From contig CM060734.1 of assembly GCA_030704615.1 (NCBI GenBank), positions 25,916,001 through 25,980,000 of the forward strand: DNA of 64,000 nt. The letters run 5' to 3'. The position numbers and the translations under genes were made by a program. The notes beneath the pieces were generated by a model. It worked only from the letters and a program-made list of their open reading frames with translations. It searched no databases and was not told where the DNA came from. Of this stretch, positions 35,763 to 49,300 are shown piece after piece (positions within the stretch are counted from its first letter, which is position 1; every line of letters begins with the position of its first letter). The stretch comes from Takakia lepidozioides (taxonomy: Eukaryota > Plantae > Bryophyta).

Positions 35763-38280
35763 ATGAGTGATGAAAGAGAAGCTAGACTTCACAGATTTTC
35801 AGCGAAAAGAGAAAGTTATTTGAAAGCTAATTATCCATTTTTTTGGGAGAGAGGAATAGACATAGGAGAATCATCTGGACCTCTCACACCATTAAGATCA
35901 AAGAGTACATCACCCATACCGGAGGAACCAGAGTTGGATGCCACTCCTTCTTATTCTTTACAAGAAAGATTAAGGGATTTGGTACAGGAAGAAGATTAGC
36001 CACGAGGGGAGAGATCTGAGGTACATCCCTGGATAAAAGATTTGACAGAAATCTTTGATAAGAGTTGGCATGGGACACCAAAGGCAGGAACTCCAGTTTC
36101 TGAATCACAAGATAAAGAGGGAGAGGAAGATGTGGCAGAACCAACGGAGAGTTCAGACTCTCCCACACCACTCCAGTTGAGTTACATGAGTGAGGAAGAA
36201 GAAATCCAAGAAAAGAACTTGGAAGATGAAAACAGAGAGAAGAAATTGGAAGATGAAGAGTATGAGGAAGTAGACCATACAGTTGAGGTTGAGACTACAA
36301 CCAGGACATCCCAACTTGTTGGACCTGGATCAAGTGGAGCACTTGGATCACAGGCCAACAAAGGTGTCGGCTCAGGGGGATCAGGCAGGCAGCTTGGATC
36401 TGGCTCTGGGGGGACAGGGAGTGGGGGAAGTAGTGCAACTGGAGCTGGGAATACTGTGAGTATAGAGGGGCCAATAGAAGGGAGTGCTTAGGGGCCAACA
36501 ACTGGTGGGAGACTCACCATTACAACAACAGATCCCCAAGGACCAACACCAACGGGAGGACCAGCACCTGTCAGTGGGTAGGGTGTAGGGCCACAGATGG
36601 CGGTACCTCCAACACGGGCAAAACCACCTTTTCCAATATATGCAGGGAAAGGGGATCCTGATGTACACATTAGCCAATTTGATTGTGAACAATGAGAATG
36701 GCGATGATGCCAAGATGAGACTGTTTCCTTGTTCACTTATCAAGAAAGCAAGTGAATGGTATGCAAGATTCCCTGACAATCATTTCCTAACCTGGAATGG
36801 CCTTAGTACGACATTCCGAAACAGGTTCAGGACAAGCAAAACTGAGGATGAAGTGTATGGAAGTTTACAACAGTTAAAGCAAAAGAAGCATGAAACTGTT
36901 GAAGAGTACATGGAAAAGATGGAATTGATGATGAAAAAGTTGGCTGTTGTGCCAGCACCAGGGTTACAGAAGACCTGGTTTGTGAGTGGATTAAGACCTG
37001 AATTACAAAAGAAAGTGGATATGCTACCCCATAATACAGTGGAAGAGGCATTTGAAACAGCCAATAGAATTGAGCAATTGGGGATACTCAGGAGAGATAA
37101 AAGGGATGATGAGGACTCTGAAGATGAGTCAGATGAGGAAGAAGAGCAAGAGCTCAAAATGAAGAGTAAGAAAAAGGAAAAGTTGAAGAGGGAAAACTAT
37201 GTGAAAAGACTGGAGGAGATCTTGAAGAAGTATGCCACGGAGGCTGCAACACATTGGAGGAAGGGTGTTTGGTGTGCAAAATGCCAGAATGAAGGCCATA
37301 CCACAGCTGAATGCCACATGAAGGAGAAACACTGTACTATCTGTAAAATGGATAACCATTCTACTGAGAATTGTTATTTCAACATAAGGACGGCAGGCAA
37401 GAGAACCTAGGCAAGTAAGGGTGCATCAAGTGCAGCCCCAGCCAAGAAGAGACAGTGATCAGGACCACTATGGTAGGCCTGGTGGTTATAACAATGGTAT
37501 GGAAGGGAGAGGTAATCCAAGAGGGAATTACCAAGGCAATCCCAGAGGCAACTATCAGGATAATCCAAGGGGGAATTACCAGCCAGGGAATCAGGATTAT
37601 AGAAATAATTCCAGAGCAGATCAAGGGCGAGGACCCAATGGTGAAGAACTGTGTTACTATTGTAATCAGGCAGGACATCGTAGGGCAGCCTGTACATTCT
37701 GGATCAGACACCAGAATGAGATGAGAGCTCCTGTGAATGAGGACCCCGTGGTGGCAGCTCACATGGTTAGGCCATGTTTTGTACCAGAAGTAAGTACAAT
37801 GATAGTAACCAGAAGCAAAGCTAAACTAATACCTCCAGTGGATGAGGAAGAAGATGGTAATGAGGATGGCAGTGATGTGCCTGAAGATGATGAGGCTTGG
37901 AGAGATGAGAAGGAACTACACAGGGAAGTGGCTGACACCATAAGGGAAATGTAGAAGAATATTGATATCCCTATGGCAGATACTTCTGACTCTGATAGAG
38001 AAGATGGAGAGGGTGAAGATGAAGTGAAGAAAGAAGCTGCACAAGTGCAGAGTAATGAAGAGACTTTGGCTAAAGTAATATGCCAGACCAAAGCTGAGAT
38101 TACCATTGGACAACTATTGGCTGTGGCACCTCATTGTAGGCACAGGTTGTATCAAGCAATTAATCAGATTGCTCATGTGACAGAGAACACAGACCTGAAC
38201 AGCAAGGTGACAAGCTATAATGTGAGGCCTGAAAGGCGAGAAACAATCATGGACTTTGATGATTCTATGCGAGTAGGCTC
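35763..38280 (+). pseudogene. gag: Gypsy-2 gag (capsid-like domain, CCHC knuckles), multiple stops
   Basis: RLFPCSL..KASEWY...LQQLKQKKHETVEEY...FVSGLRPEL; CAKCQNEGHTTAEC, CTICKMDNHSTENC, CYYCNQAGHRRAAC. Confidence 0.85.
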
Positions 38281-39790
38281 TCAGGGGTGTTACACAGGAC
38301 TTGGTGGATAATCATCTTATGCAAGTATGGTTCACACAAGGGCCGGTGGAAGGGAAGGCACCACGAAAGCTCACCCAGGGGGAGATGAATGATCTCAGGT
38401 TGCAGGTACAGAACATTGCCACAACTACTATAGACAATGTCTATAGTAGAATAGCAGAGTTACAGGATGATGTGGAAGGGCTGCAGACTCAAGTGGATGA
38501 CTTGAGTTCCAACATTGACAAACGAGTCTTTGTTCCCGAGGAGCAGCTGGTGGCTACTTATTTGCATGCTAGGACTCTGATTTTTCAGTCTTCATCACAA
38601 GAGGTGCAGGAGTTGCCATAGGAGGGACAGTGGCGGCAATATCATAGCCCCCACAACGGGTGGCTATGCAGGTGGCTGACACCGTTGATACCATGGCAAT
38701 GCCACAGTCTGAGGTTTGGGGGAATGCTGCTTTTAACCCACCTAGGACTCCTGCTGCACTGGAGTACAATCGGGCTATGATTATGCCCTTCAACCAAATT
38801 CCCATTGTGATGGATTTGGCTTGGAAGGAATTCAGTCCTCCACAGTCTTTGACACATTATTACCAGATCATGCGCATTTGGTTGCCAGTGGCAACTCGGA
38901 CTAAGGTTCTTCCGAACAATTGACCAATTGAGGATCATCATTTTGCAAGGTACTGGTCTGAGGCAGGCACCATGTTGAAGGAATTAATTGCCTTCCAGGT
39001 TGTTCATGGGTACATCTACACCAAGACCAATGAGGTATCTGGTGTGGTCATGGGCTGTGGATTGTATTATACTGCTTGTTTCATTGCACGTTATCACATT
39101 GAGTAGCAGAAGATGCAGTCAAGATTTCTGAGTTATTCGAGTGGAGATCATTGGGTCTTACCTTCAGTTCCACCTCATATGTACCTGTATGATGCAAAAG
39201 TCATGTTGCAGAAGGATTCCCAACTTTGTTCATGGTTTAATTTGGCTTGGACCAACTTGACCAAGGAAAATTTGGGTCCTGACGATATTTTTTATAAGGG
39301 ACATGAAGCCTGGAAATACTTACATTGTTCCAAAGTTGTTGGCACACCTCTCACCTATACGGCCAAGGAGTTCAGGGAGTTCACTCATTTTGCTTGCAAG
39401 CGATTAAAGCAAGTAGTACAGTTTAAGCTTCTAGACATGGTGGGCCAACACTATATGCCATGCAGGATTCTTGAGGAGCCACTTAAAGTTCGGCCACCGA
39501 AACACCTCAAGGGGGAAGATGATTCTGATACTACTGGTTCTACGGAGGAACCTTTTGACATGGCGGAGGACTATGCACTACAGATGGCAGAGAAGAAACG
39601 ACGGGGATCTCATATGCCTGAGAGGTTACCTCGTTATCAACCACAGGAGGGTCAGACATTTCCATTTGGTGCTCAATCGCCTCCATCAGCCAGTGACAGG
39701 GCTTGGGCTCGCACACAGAGCCCTCCAAAGGACTCTCACCATCAGAAGGGTGCTTGCTCATAAAGGTTTGCTGATCCTAAATAGTAAACC
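38281..39790 (+). pseudogene. C-terminal part of Gypsy-2 extra 3' ORF, joined directly to gag (pol deleted)
   Basis: LVDNHLMQVW...MNDLRLQVQNIATTTIDNVYSRI matches 61490-61800; no PR/RT/INT motifs between gag and the PPT. Confidence 0.7.
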
Positions 39791-39825
39791 GTGAGGACAC
39801 GGCTTTTTGAGATGGGGATGGGTAA

Positions 39826-40185
39826 TGTTAGAGGGCTGTCTGAGACTTAGACACTTTTATGGGCTCTGTGGGGTACCATTAATTTTTGCGCAGACTTACG
39901 GATGGTAGACTTAGACCAACAGAGGCCTTAGGGGTGACAGGCACAGGCTTTAGGGGTGGTAGACAGGCTTACATACTCAGTCACAGTCTTACATAGTCGT
40001 ACACAGCCTATCATAGTCTATCACAGCCATACACAGCCTTACACAGTCTGTCATAGCCAATCACAGCCTATCACAGTTAGTCACAGTCTATCACAGTTCA
40101 ACACAGCTTCGCACAGCCAGTCACAGCCCGACACAGCACGACACAGCCCGACACAGTTTTACACAGCCAGTCACAACTCGGCACA
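39826..40185 (+). repeat. 3' LTR of Gypsy-2 (interrupted)
   Basis: TGTTAGAGGGCTGTC start after purine tract 39809-39823; matches 7943 onward. Confidence 0.85.
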
Positions 40186-41459
40186 TGTCGAGCGGCTTTT
40201 ACTCACCCATCCCTTCGCTATCCGAGGTGGAAATTCCAAGATAGAAGAGTTGGATATCTCTAAGCACTTAGCCCGCTCAGAACAATCAGTCATGACCTAC
40301 AGCTAGTGTATCATGGTTATGCTTCCTATTTGTATTTCTTCTTGCATTCATGTTAGCGATTTACCTTACTGTGTATACTGAAGCATCAGATTGCTTCAGT
40401 ATCTACCAAGTTCCATTCACTCATCCATTCATTCCACAACTTCACTTATGTCTCTCTACACAGTGTAATTGTATCGAATAAGTATCAGATTATGATTTAT
40501 CAGGTATCAGGCCAGTGCCATGGTGACTCTAATTTGCCCTACAGTATCACTACAGCTTTGCATGTAACAAGCATCTACTGCTCATCTTTCCTCCTTCGCC
40601 GTGCTCTCCATCCTTGCTCTCCGCCTGATCTCCTCTCATGCATGACCAAGAAGCGCTCCCCGTGAAGTGATCCCCCCTTCATTGCTGCTCTGCCTCATCT
40701 ACATGCAAGCTGTTCTAACCACCTAACTAACTAACTGTCACCCCTAGAAGTAACACGTTTCCCTTGCAAATGTCGTTCCCACACAGTCGTTCCCTGCCAA
40801 TGATAACCGTTCCATATGTACGTTGTGACTGGTTGTGCCAAACTGTGTCGGGTTGTGGCTGTGCCAAGCTGTGACTGGCTGTGTCGTGCTGTGTCTTACT
40901 GTGCGAAGCTGTGTCGACTGTATGAGGCTGTGTCGAGCTGTGACTGGCTGTGTAAGCCTATCTACCCCCCCCCTCCTAAAGCCTGCGCCTATCACCCCTA
41001 AGGCCTCTGTTGGTCTAAGTCTACCATCCGTAAGTCTGCGCAAAAATTAAGGGTACCCCACAAAACCCATAAAAGTGTCTAAGTCCCAGACAGCCCTCTA
41101 ACATTACCCCTCCCCATCTCAAAAAGCCGTGTCCTCACGGTTTACTATTTAGGATCAGCAAACCGTTGTGAGCGAGCACCCTTCTGACGGTGAGAATCCT
41201 TTGGAAGGCTCTGTGTGCGAGCCCGAGCCCGAGCCCTGTCACTGGCTGATGGAGACGATTGAGTACCAAACGGAAATGTCTGACCCTCCTGTGGTTGATA
41301 ACGAGGTAACCTCTTAGGCATAGGAGATCCCCGCCGTTTCTTCTCTGCCATCTGTAGTGCGTAGTCCTCCGCCATGTCAAAAGGTTCCTCTATAGAACCA
41401 GTAGTATCAGAATCATCGTCCCTCCTGAGGTGTTTCGGCGGCCGAACCTTAAGTGGTTC
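40186..41459 (-). mobile_element. Second Gypsy-2 copy inserted in opposite orientation into the 3' LTR (3' LTR 40186-41103, PPT, 3' internal end)
   Basis: Reverse complement of a full LTR (TGTTAG...TCGACA) plus PPT and the sequence of 39480-39825; interrupted at 41460 by Gypsy-1 copy 2. Confidence 0.85.
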
Positions 41460-44445
41460 TGTAGTGTGAAAAGAAGGGGCGTGAATCCCCTTCTATATAA
41501 TTCTAATTGTGCTCCCCTCCATTCTAAGCGGAGCAAAAGAAAGAAACGTTCTTCTAGTCTGTCCAACTGTCGTCACTTGGCTGTGGGTTTCCCTCAGGTC
41601 CTTCGTGATCAAAGTTCAAGCAATCCTCATCCACGCCGCAGCGGAAGAGAAGACATGGATGGGGAGTCAATTTGTTGTTCACTCTTGGTTCTACCTTTTA
41701 CACAACATCCCCTACCTGCAGGTACAGCACCAGCTATGCTGGTGCGATGTATTCAGTGATGCAATCAGCCCTATGTCAGTGATGAAACCCTGCCCTTGTG
41801 GGCAGTTCCCTTGGTCAGCAACACGTCGGAAGCCCCCTTTTGTAATGAGATCATGGTCTAGGTGGATGGGCAGCTCAGATCTGCCATGAACTGCAGGCCC
41901 ACTAGTTTGATCATTCAGGGTTCATGTCTTCTTGACCTTGGCTCTCCATTTGTCCATCCCTCATCAACCCTTTCTCCCTTCTTCACTTTTTCTTTCTCTC
42001 ACACTCTTTTTCTTTCATGTGTGGATTCCTCACTTTTCTCCACAACAGCATGGCTACGATGCAATGCAATGCACATCCAGCCACTGGTCCTTGCACTACC
42101 TTTCCCCAAGTGTATCCTGTTTGGTCAAGGTGCTTCATTCTACAGATCTCAATTCACACACCCTGACAGCTCTCCTTTTCTCCTCAACTTCGAACATCAG
42201 TCATTCACATGTAGGGAACACTTCTAGAAATCAGATCCAAACCCCAAAACAGTATTGACTTTCCTTCCCCATCCACGTCATCCCTTCTCAGCTCTTCAAA
42301 TCAGTTTCTTAATGACCATCCTTGTTTTCCTCATTCCACTAAGCTAGTTCTACACTGGCTCCACTGTTTTAACATCCAAGGCTGCATTGTTTTGCTGGCT
42401 GAAAACACTGAAAACAAAGAAAAGGAACACAAGAACAGCAACCATTCTGACCCTGAGGTGAGATATCCCTGTCCCCTCTCATTTTCCTAATAACAGTGTA
42501 ACAACAGGTGCATCCATCTCCACCCTATCCTGGTTTGAATTCCAGTGTCTTCATTCCATTTTTCAAAGGCCTTTTCTACTCCTCACATTTCTGTCCCCTT
42601 CAGTAGATACAAGAGACAGTTCCAAAAACTTCACAAAGTCATTCCTAAGTGCCAAAAAGGAAGCCAACACTCTTCGAACTTATCTATCTTATACTCATTG
42701 AAGCGGTGGGTCTGCCTGTCAAGAAGGCACCTTGTCATCTCCCTCGTCAGCCATTTCCGACGTTTCTTCTTATCGTGATTCCAGTTCTCATTAAGGCATG
42801 ACGGCTCTGCTTCAGCTGCTGGCACATCCTTGTGCCTGCCAACCTCTACCCTATCCTTCTACATGTGCATTTCTTCCCTATGAAGTGATCTGGTCCTACA
42901 GCCCTTAAGACAGAGAGTAGATACAAAACCTAATTATAGATAGCTTAAGCGCCATACACACCAGAAGGCGACACCGCTTCCTCTTGCACAGAATGCCAAG
43001 CCAGATCCCTTAACGTCGCTCTTTAAGGCAAGCTGATTCCCTTTGCGTAGGTGGAACTTCCTAAGATATGCTGTACTGCCAACACCACTGCAGCAGCTGC
43101 GAAAAGATGCTTACACTCTTAAATACAAAGTGATCTGGTCCTAAAGCTCAAAATCAGACAGCAGCTACAAGATTTGATCACAGACAACCTGAGGTGCTAT
43201 ACACACCAGCCTGCACTTCTCATCCCCAACACCTGCTGAGCCGCTCCATCTCCTCATTAATGTGCTCATCAAGACAATGGCGACAGCAGTGGTGCACCGC
43301 CCTTATCACAAACCTGATCCCTCAGGTTTGATCATTGCTTACGAAGAAGGCGGCACCGCTTCTTCTTGCACAGAAAGCCAAGCACGAGCTCTTAACGTTT
43401 CTCTTTAAAGCAAGCTGATACCCTTTGCGTAGGTGGAACTTTCTCAGATATCCTGTGCTGCCAGCACCACTGCAGCAGCTGCGAAAAGATGCACGCACTC
43501 TTCCCCTTCGAATTTCACATCCTGCTTCTAGGGTTCAACATCATGGATGAAAATCATTCATCCTAGGGATGAAAAAGGTGCATGTCATAACTTAGCCATA
43601 TTTTGTTCTTGGCAGATCAAAAGCATAGTCTTTCCATGGAATTACCTCAAGTTATGGACAATTCCTCCCCTTCATTAGCACGAAGGGCACTCCCTTTGTA
43701 GTAGTGCCGAAACCTGATGCCAAACAAAAACTTGAATTTTTACCCCCTGCATTCACACTACATATGTAGTGTGTCTCCCTTTTTTAAGTGTCAGGGTCCT
43801 CACTGACCACCTTTAACGGCTGAACACCTATTGGTGGTATGAAGGGTTTTAAATCCCTCCTACTTCTTACCCATTTCTTGTCTGCTCCATCTCTCAACCT
43901 GCATCTTCGTGCAGCTTCTCCAGTCTTGGTTGTGCTTCCTGCATCCTTGTACCCCAAAAAGTCATAGGGTCCCTCCCATGGAGATGTCATGGAAGACCTC
44001 TTTCCAGGCCTCAACATCATTACCTTGCTGTTCTCCATCAACGTGCAGTAGGTATGCCCTGTTTGATGCCTTCTTTCGTAATCTCTTGCCTGTTGACGTT
44101 GCCCTTTCTTCACACTCTTTCGCAGCTTTGCCTTCATCTCTGTGAGAAGCTGGATTTTCTGCTGCATCATAAGTGTGACCTCTACTACAGATCCATCAGA
44201 ATTTACTGGTGTTGTAAGAAAATGCAACCTGTTGTCAATTCCCAGCCTTGGAATTCTACCAGTAAGTACCTGAAAAGGTGAGAATCCAGTGGAAGCATGG
44301 ACACCCATGTAACCAAACAGGGCCTTATAGAGAATCTGATCCCACTCAGTGTCGTTTCCAACTCCTAGGGTGGTGATGCTCTGTTTGAGAGACTTAATGA
44401 CCCTTTCCACCATACCGTTACACTGAGGCCAGTAGGGGGCGCTAT

Positions 44446-45169
44446 TGTCGCGGCCCTTTGCCTTGAGGGCAGGGGGTCGGGACACATGAGGGGCTGCCCC
44501 TGTGGTGGGGGCAGCGGCGGCGATAGGTATGGGGGGCTGAAGCACCCTTGAGTGCCCAAGGCACTCAAGGAGGCGGAGGCGCTCACTAGGTGGAGCCCCG
44601 CACACCGGGTTGCGGTGGAGGTGGCTCCACAAGGGGTGGTGGTAGCTTAGTGGGACTTAGTGGGGGTGGCATAGGACTCACCATGGGGTGGAGACCTCGA
44701 GGTGGGAGTCGTGGGGAGTCTTGGGACTCATCACGGTCCATTGGGGCCGCGGTGAGTGGGCCAAGACTCACCGCGACTCACCACCGGGAGTCGAGGGTTT
44801 TCGTGGTGGTTCGCCATAAAATGGCATGGCTGGTTATGAAACCCCCGCGGACAGCTACAGAAGTATATATAGGGAGTAGTAACCCCGAGAACGGTGCAAG
44901 CCCGTTGGTGACCAAAAACTAGTGAGTAAGCGAGCGAGCCGGAAAGCGACCAAAGAGTGGGGAGCTGTTCCGGACTGCCATCTACCAAAGGGAATTCTCC
45001 TAGTCCCAAATAGGTGGAGGGTTTAGAGGGAAGCGGAAGGGGACCGTTATGTCCCGGTGAGCAGCCGAAACTCCAAGTTGGCCCGGCGGCCAGGTTGGGA
45101 GTCAGGCGCGCGCATCAAAGCGAGTAACTATGACTTGAAGGGGAGTTTACCGAAGTGAGGTGTGCGACA
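44446..45169 (+). repeat. 5' LTR of chromovirus
   Basis: Direct repeat of 50691-51414; TATA-like GTATATATAG at ~44863. Confidence 0.95.
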
Positions 45170-45171
45170 CT

Positions 45172-45183
45172 TGGTATCAGAGC
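45172..45183 (+). promoter_or_regulatory. Primer binding site (tRNA-iMet)
   Basis: TGGTATCAGAGC 2 nt after the LTR end. Confidence 0.95.
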
Positions 45184-45224
45184 TTAGAGTTCAGTACGCG
45201 ATCGTCCTTGGGATTGGCCTCATC

Positions 45225-46304
45225 ATGGGGTCGGGCAAGCCGAAGCGAAAGCGGAACGGCCCAAAAGATGATGACCCCGGTGAGCCCGATGGGGGCGACG
45301 TGTCACCGAGGCGGCCGTTTGAGGAAGCGATTAATGTTTCCGAAAACGAGGCCGCTCAGGAGCGGGAGGAATCCGAGGAGTCGGAGCCCGAGGAATCTTT
45401 GAGAGCTCCGACAAACCAAGAGATGCCTCCCATGCCGGCAGCCTTTTGGGAAGGGTTGTTGGCGCAGTTTGGCGGGACGTTGAAAGACGTGTTGAAGGCG
45501 GCTAATGCCACTTCCACCAAGGCAAAGTTTAAGGTGAAGCCTAAGGAACCTGGCACCTTCGAGGGCGTTCGAAACCGGAAGGCACTCAACACCTGGCTCC
45601 TGGAGCTAGAGCAGTACTTCCGGGCGGCCAAGTTGAGTGACGAGGATCGGGTGGAAGTGGCTCCCACCTATTTGAGGGGCTATGCTCAACAATGGTGGCA
45701 GAAACGCCTTCACGACCGAGGCCCAAGCCCGGAAACCTTGAACTGGAGTGAGTTCAAGGAATTGATGAAGAGACAGTTTGTGCCCCTCAACGCATCCTGG
45801 CTTGCCCGGGACAAGATGAGGAATTTGAAGCAAACAGATGACATTCGGGGGTATGTCCAGGCTTTCAATGTGCTGTTGCTCGAAGTCGCGGACATGGCAG
45901 AACCAGAAATGGTCTTCAACTTTGTGGCGGGACTGGCCCCATGGGCTAGGCGGAAGTTGGAGGAGAAGCCACCCAAGACTTTGAACGAGGCAATTGAGAG
46001 AGCTGAATGTTTCTCGGATGTCCCTAGGGGTGAGAGACAAGGCCGTACGGAGCTGAACCACAAGAAGACCCGGCGGGAAGGTGACTCCTCCGACCGGAAA
46101 AGAAGTGGGATAGGCCACGCGGCGAAAATGGCACGTGGAAATCGAAGGGAGGTCCCTCACACGTCAAGGCGGCACCCGGTGCTTCGAAAGGAAAAGCGGG
46201 TGGAGCGACTTATGGCGGACAGAAGGCGACCTTTGATGGAGTGTGTTTCAATTGCGGGGAGCCCGGGCACATGGCCAAGAAGTGCACGAAGCCCCGGCAA
46301 TTGA
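45225..46304 (+). CDS. gag: Chromovirus gag
   Basis: [12 protein letters not shown]...WLLELEQYF...[10 protein letters not shown]...[14 protein letters not shown]; shifts frame before the [14 protein letters not shown] knuckle. Confidence 0.9.
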   Translation: MGSGKPKRKRNGPKDDDPGEPDGGDVSPRRPFEEAINVSENEAAQEREESEESEPEESLRAPTNQEMPPMPAAFWEGLLAQFGGTLKDVLKAANATSTKAKFKVKPKEPGTFEGVRNRKALNTWLLELEQYFRAAKLSDEDRVEVAPTYLRGYAQQWWQKRLHDRGPSPETLNWSEFKELMKRQFVPLNASWLARDKMRNLKQTDDIRGYVQAFNVLLLEVADMAEPEMVFNFVAGLAPWARRKLEEKPPKTLNEAIERAECFSDVPRGERQGRTELNHKKTRREGDSSDRKRSGIGHAAKMARGNRREVPHTSRRHPVLRKEKRVERLMADRRRPLMECVSIAGSPGTWPRSARSPGN

Positions 46305-49300
46305 ACATGACTCGGGCGACCACGGAGCTGTCGGAAGATACCATCAGTCGCTTGGTGGAAGCGGTGGTCGCCAGGACTTGCAAGGTAGGCAAATTTTCTT
46401 GTGAGTTGTATCAGGAAACTGGCGCCTTACGAAAAGGGAGTCAGTTATTGTTCGTGGATGGGATAATATCCGGAACTAATGTGTCGTTGTTGGTGGACAC
46501 AGGAGCGTCGCACTCCTTCATGACGCCGGCGGCGGCGCGAAAGTTGGGACTCCCGACAAGTGACGTGGGGGCCTCTATTGAGGTGCGCTCTGCCAAAGGA
46601 GAACCTCAGTTGGCGACAAGGTTGGCGTTTGATGTTCCTCTTCAACTGGGGAGTTGGGAGGGACGTGAGAACTTCACTATCTGCGAGATCGATGGAGTGG
46701 ATCTCATTTTGGGAATGACCTTTTTGAGCAAATCCGGAGCGGTCATAGATGGCCGCAAGAGAGTAGTCACGCTGCCATGTGGGAATGGTGGCGAGGTTTT
46801 ACGAGTGTCGGAAACGCCCAAATCCGTGGGAGGGCGAATAAACCTTCTATCAGCAAAGGAGTGGGCCGTGGAGGAGACACACGAGTCCCAGTTTTTGCTT
46901 TACATTAGAGAAGTGAAAGGAGAAGGCGATGGGGAGCCGAGCCCAGATTGGATCAAGGGGATTTTGGAGAAATACCAGGATGTGATGCCGGAGGATTTAC
47001 CAAGCGGCTTGCCACCGCGAAGAGGAGTTGACCACAAAATTGAGGTGATACCGGGATCGGAACCGCCTGCCAAGGCGCCCTACCGGTTGAGCCACAAAGA
47101 GTTGGTCGAGCTGAAGACTCAGCTCAAAGATCTAATGTCAAAGGGGTACATCCGGCCGAGTAAGTCACCTTACGGAGCCCCGGTGCTATTTGCAGACAAG
47201 AAGGATGGGACGCTGCGGATGTGTGTCGATTACAGGGCTCTGAATAAGGTGACTATCAAAAACCGGTACCCTTTGCCAAGGATCGACGACCTCTTCGATC
47301 GGTTGGCAGGAGCGAAGTATTTCAGCCGGATCGACTTGCGCTCCGGCTATCACCAAATTCGGGTGGCGGAAGGAGATGAGGAGAAGACCGCGTGCAGGAC
47401 AAGGTATGGTTCATATGAGTTCTTGGTGATGCCTTTTGGGCTCACCAATGCACCAGCGACATTTAGCACGCTGATGAACAGCCTTTTCCAGGAGTGGTTG
47501 GATGACTTTGTGATCGTGTACATCGACGACATCTTGGTGTACTCGAAAACAAAGGAGGAGCACCTGGAGCACCTCAAAAGGGTGTTCCAAAAATTGCGAG
47601 AAGGGAAGCTGTATGCCAAAGCTTCAAAGTGCGAATTCGGGGTCACAAAAGTGGAGTTCTTGGGGCACGTGATTACACAGGATGGGATCAAAATGGATGA
47701 CAGAAAGGTGAGGGCGATCTTGGACTGGGAGCCTCCGACTTCGGTCCCGGGAGTGCGATCCTTCCTAGGACTCGCCTCCTATTACCGGAAGTATGTGAGA
47801 AATTTCGCCAAGATCGCGGGGCCGCTGTCGGACCTTCTGTGTAAATCCAAAGTCTGGGTATGGAACACATTTTGTGGCCAAGCTTTTGCTGAATTGAAGC
47901 AGCGGATGACGGAAGCTCCAGTCTTAAAAATCCCGGAGTTCGATCGTCCGTTTGAGATTCATACAGATGCATCGGACTTCGCAATTGGGGGTGTACTTAT
48001 GCAAGATGGACGTCCAGTGGCTTACGAAAGTAAGAAACTGAATGAAGTGGAGCGACGGTGGCCGACGCACGAAAAAGAGATGAAGGCGGTGGTACATTGC
48101 CTTGAACTCTGGCGCCACTATGTTGGTTCCAACCCAGTGAAGGTGTTCACGGACAATGTCACGGTGAAGTATTTTGCCACGCAGCCCAAGTTGTCCCCAA
48201 AACAACTTAGGTGGCAAGATACTTTGGCAGTGTTCGACGTGGATATCCAGTACAAACCGGGACGGGACAATGTGGTGGCCGATGCTTTAAGTAGAAAGCA
48301 GCAGCTCTTGTTGGTGTACAAGGGCGAGACGGCGCTCCAAAGGAAGATCCGGAAGGCTTGCCGGAAGGATGAGCTGGCAAAGTGCGTGATGCAGAACTTG
48401 AGAATGGGGGTTAAATCGCAGTTCCACTTGCAAAACGGACTGCTCCGGTATAAGCAAAAACGTCTCTATGTGCCAAAGGGAGGGATCAGGGATAGTCTCT
48501 TGAGAGAATGCCATGATAGCCCGCTTGCGGGCCACGGTGGAGCCAAGCGCACTGCGGCACTCTTGAAGAAAGAGTATTTCTGGCCCAAACTGAGGGAGGA
48601 GGCAGAGGAGTATGTAAAGACATGCACCACATGCCAACAAAACCGGAGCGAGTATAAAAAAAGCGGGGCTGTTACAACCCTTGCCGATTCCAGAGGGGAC
48701 TTGGGAAAGCGTCTCGATGGATTTCATGACTGCTATGCCGCTGTCAAAAGGATTCGATGCAATCATGGTGGTGGTAGATAGGTTCAGTAAAATGGCCCAT
48801 TTCATCCCCACCAAGGAGACGGCTACTGCGCAGGAGACAGGGCGACTTTACTTCGCCCACGTCTTAAAGCATCATGGAGTCCCGAAGGATATTGTCTCGG
48901 ACCGCGACCCAAAGTTTACGAGTAAATTCTGGAGAGCACTTTGGAAGAAGATGGGGACGAGGCTGAAGATGAGCACCGCCTTCCGACCTACGACGGACGG
49001 CCAAACGGAAAGAGTGAATTCCGTAGTGAAGCAATTCTTGCGGAATTACGTGTCGGCAGACCAATCAGACTGGATGGAACACTTAGACGCGGCAGAGTTC
49101 TGTTATAATAACACAGAACACTCCGCGACGGGAGTTTCCCCTTTTGTGTTGGTCTATGGAAAAGCACCTCTGGTGCCGACAAGTTGGGCCGCCCAGGACG
49201 TTGAGGAACCGGCAGTAGCGGCGGTACTGGAAGAACGCGAGCGTTTGTTGAAGCTCGCAAAGTACAACATTGCCAAAGCTAGGAAACGGTATGAAAGGCA

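Larger units (their letters stand above)
7943..40185 (+). mobile_element. Gypsy-2 LTR retrotransposon (non-autonomous, pol absent), host of nested insertions
   Basis: 5' LTR 7943-9004 (TGTTAG...TCGACA), PBS-like TTTGACGACC at 9005, internal 9005-9141 + 35279-39825, PPT GAGATGGGGATGGG, 3' LTR from 39826 interrupted at 40186. Confidence 0.75.

Noticed and set aside
44590-44922. ORFs inside chromovirus LTRs and antisense ORFs over transposase/pol
   Set aside because: GC-rich or shadow frames with no recognisable motifs.
48650-48690. Programmed frameshift in chromovirus integrase
   Set aside because: Falls in an A homopolymer mid-integrase; typical long-read indel.
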